From a virus (Duplodnaviria; Caudoviricetes), in the IMG/VR virus record IMGVR_UViG_3300036943_000417, positions 1-26,940 of that record: DNA of 26,940 bases; one strand, written 5' to 3'. The stretch's first letter is position 1; the number at the start of each line of letters is the position of its first letter. This document shows positions 25,551 through 26,940 of the stretch, one piece after another. The translations under genes and the position numbers were made by a program. The notes beneath the pieces were generated by a model. That model was not told the origin of the DNA and did no database searches. It worked only from the letters and a program-made list of their open reading frames with translations.

Positions 25551-25750
25551 GCTCCTCCCCTCAGGGTCCGATCGTACATAGGTCGGGTGTCCCATCTGAT
25601 GGGGGCTACCCCGCGACCTGAAATGACGTTCCGGTGGAGTGAGGGGTCGTACCCTTCTGGGGGGTTGCAGATTGCGCACCATTCCGGGTTCATTCCGTGT
25701 TTGCAGCGGGTGCGGGCTTCGGGTTGCGGGCTTCGGGTGTCGAGTGTCAT
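25547..25750 (-). CDS. Small protein with C.HGM...WC..C zinc-binding motif
   Basis: AGGAAGGA RBS, ATGA overlaps on both sides. Confidence 0.6.
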   Translation of the reverse strand: MTLDTRSPQPEARTRCKHGMNPEWCAICNPPEGYDPSLHRNVISGRGVAPIRWDTRPMYDRTLRGGA

Positions 25751-26031
25751 AGTCCTTCCTCCAGTATTTCTTCGAGGTTATTGGGATAGTGGTTAGCGCT
25801 CATGGGTTGCGGGGTTGGGTCTGGCGTCTCCCATCCGATTCGCCACAGGTTGCATGGCATCGGGGGGTTGGGGATCCCGTAATTGGACAGGAATTTCTCC
25901 CCGGCCACGAAATCGCCCCCGCACCATACGTTGACCTCCTCCGAATCGAACGGGCAGGGCAGTCCACTGGCACATCCGTGGCCTTCAATATACCTCTGGT
26001 TGATCAAGCGTCTCATCTTTGTTCGTGTCAT
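25747..26031 (-). CDS. Hypothetical Cys-containing protein
   Basis: AAGGAGG RBS before ATG 26031. Confidence 0.6.
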   Translation of the reverse strand: MTRTKMRRLINQRYIEGHGCASGLPCPFDSEEVNVWCGGDFVAGEKFLSNYGIPNPPMPCNLWRIGWETPDPTPQPMSANHYPNNLEEILEEGL

Positions 26032-26090
26032 AGTTCCTCCTTGGGGTTTAGTCCCTCCCCCCGATTCGCCGGGTAGAGGAGATTGGGTGT

Positions 26091-26177
26091 TTACCGCAAA
26101 ATTGCATTCCAGGCCCATGCGTAACCTGCTGCCACTCCGGTAAGCCAGAATAGCCACAGACCCGCTATCCTCTTCAT
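26091..26177 (-). CDS. 28-aa Trp-rich membrane peptide (MKRIAGLWLFWLTGVAAGYAWAWNAILR)
   Basis: ATGA overlap with the DUF932 stop; basic N-terminus and a single hydrophobic helix. Confidence 0.5.
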   Translation of the reverse strand: MKRIAGLWLFWLTGVAAGYAWAWNAILR

Positions 26178-26890
26178 GCTGCCACCTGGCTGGCGTAATC
26201 ATTGCACAGGACCCGCAGGTCCGCTGTCCGTCTCCCAACCGAGAACAGGTTCAGGTCCCGGTTGATACGCGTTAGAGCTCCATGCCAAGGGTAAAGTCCG
26301 TCGTCCCCTGCCAGCTCCACTTCAGCCTGGTGCATTTCGCGGAATGCCCCGAATCGGTTTGCGGGTAGAATTCCCCTGTCCATAGCGTCGAAGGTAAGGG
26401 CTTTCATCTGCGGCTCAGGTAGCGGGATGGCACGCAGTCCCTCATGCCACTCGTGTAACTCTTTGGCCTGGTCCAGCGCCTTCCCGAATGCCGCGTCCGC
26501 CACGTACAGCAGTTCCTCAAAGGTCAATCCGCTGGTGTGTTTGCGGAATTCCAGGAACTGCCCGGAGAATTGCATGTTGGAGCAGGCAATGACGTGAGTC
26601 CCGGCTGCAACTCCGACGGCGAAGGTCTTCATCAGGCTGTTCCGGAATCCAAGCTGAACCAGGGATCCCCCGTCTCCCAGGGGGATGTCCAGGGTCCACG
26701 TTCCGAACATGTTGCGTCCCTTATTCCGTGTGCTGTAGGACTCGTTCACAACCTCTACCCCCTCTGCCTGGACTATAAGGTCGAGGCTGGCCAGCACTTC
26801 CTTGTGTGATATTGGGTGCCAAGTCTTCGTGTACTCCGGGGTCGGGATCGACTCGATCTCCGACCGGGTGTGACGTTCTTTCGGGTTCAT
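26174..26890 (-). CDS. DUF932-family protein
   Basis: T.TW.PI.H, MFG, LGFRNS....A.....G..V.ACSN..F, RKHT motifs; AAGGAGG RBS. Confidence 0.8.
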   Translation of the reverse strand: MNPKERHTRSEIESIPTPEYTKTWHPISHKEVLASLDLIVQAEGVEVVNESYSTRNKGRNMFGTWTLDIPLGDGGSLVQLGFRNSLMKTFAVGVAAGTHVIACSNMQFSGQFLEFRKHTSGLTFEELLYVADAAFGKALDQAKELHEWHEGLRAIPLPEPQMKALTFDAMDRGILPANRFGAFREMHQAEVELAGDDGLYPWHGALTRINRDLNLFSVGRRTADLRVLCNDYASQVAA

Positions 26891-26940
26891 GACTCCTCCT
26901 TCTCGTATACGATTTTGGATTTATTCTGTGGGTCATCCGT

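Noticed and set aside
1-26940. tRNA/rRNA genes, integrase/att sites, primase, host assignment
   Set aside because: None is recognisable in this window. A primase or integrase may lie outside it, and the host cannot be supported from sequence inspection alone.

Overview
This window is a segment of a tailed dsDNA phage genome with a P22-like (podovirus-type) virion module and a self-encoded replication module. Plus strand 1-9104 carries late genes: a gp10-like tail hub (5'-truncated), a small tail-associated protein, a GNAT, three ejection proteins (the largest with an inserted ADP-ribosyltransferase-like domain), a holin-like protein, a tail fibre and its chaperone. Minus strand 9109-21063 carries replication and recombination genes: a family-4 UDG::family-A DNA polymerase fusion, two nucleotidyltransferases, an HD protein, ERCC4, HNH, an M15-like peptidase, an AAA ATPase, a PD-(D/E)XK nuclease, a putative SSB, a DinG helicase and RHH/HTH regulators. 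An oppositely oriented plus-strand cassette (21416-23475) encodes a PurZ-type synthetase with the diagnostic PurA-to-PurZ substitutions, next to a DUF5664-type dATP/dGTP diphosphohydrolase. Minus strand 23575-26890 carries small early-type genes including DUF932. The main finding is an apparent 2-aminoadenine (Z) DNA pathway with unusual partners. There is no recognisable canonical datZ/dpoZ here; instead there is a divergent HD protein and a UDG-fused PolA whose motif B has the conserved YG replaced by NL. All family calls are by motif recognition only; no database search was run.
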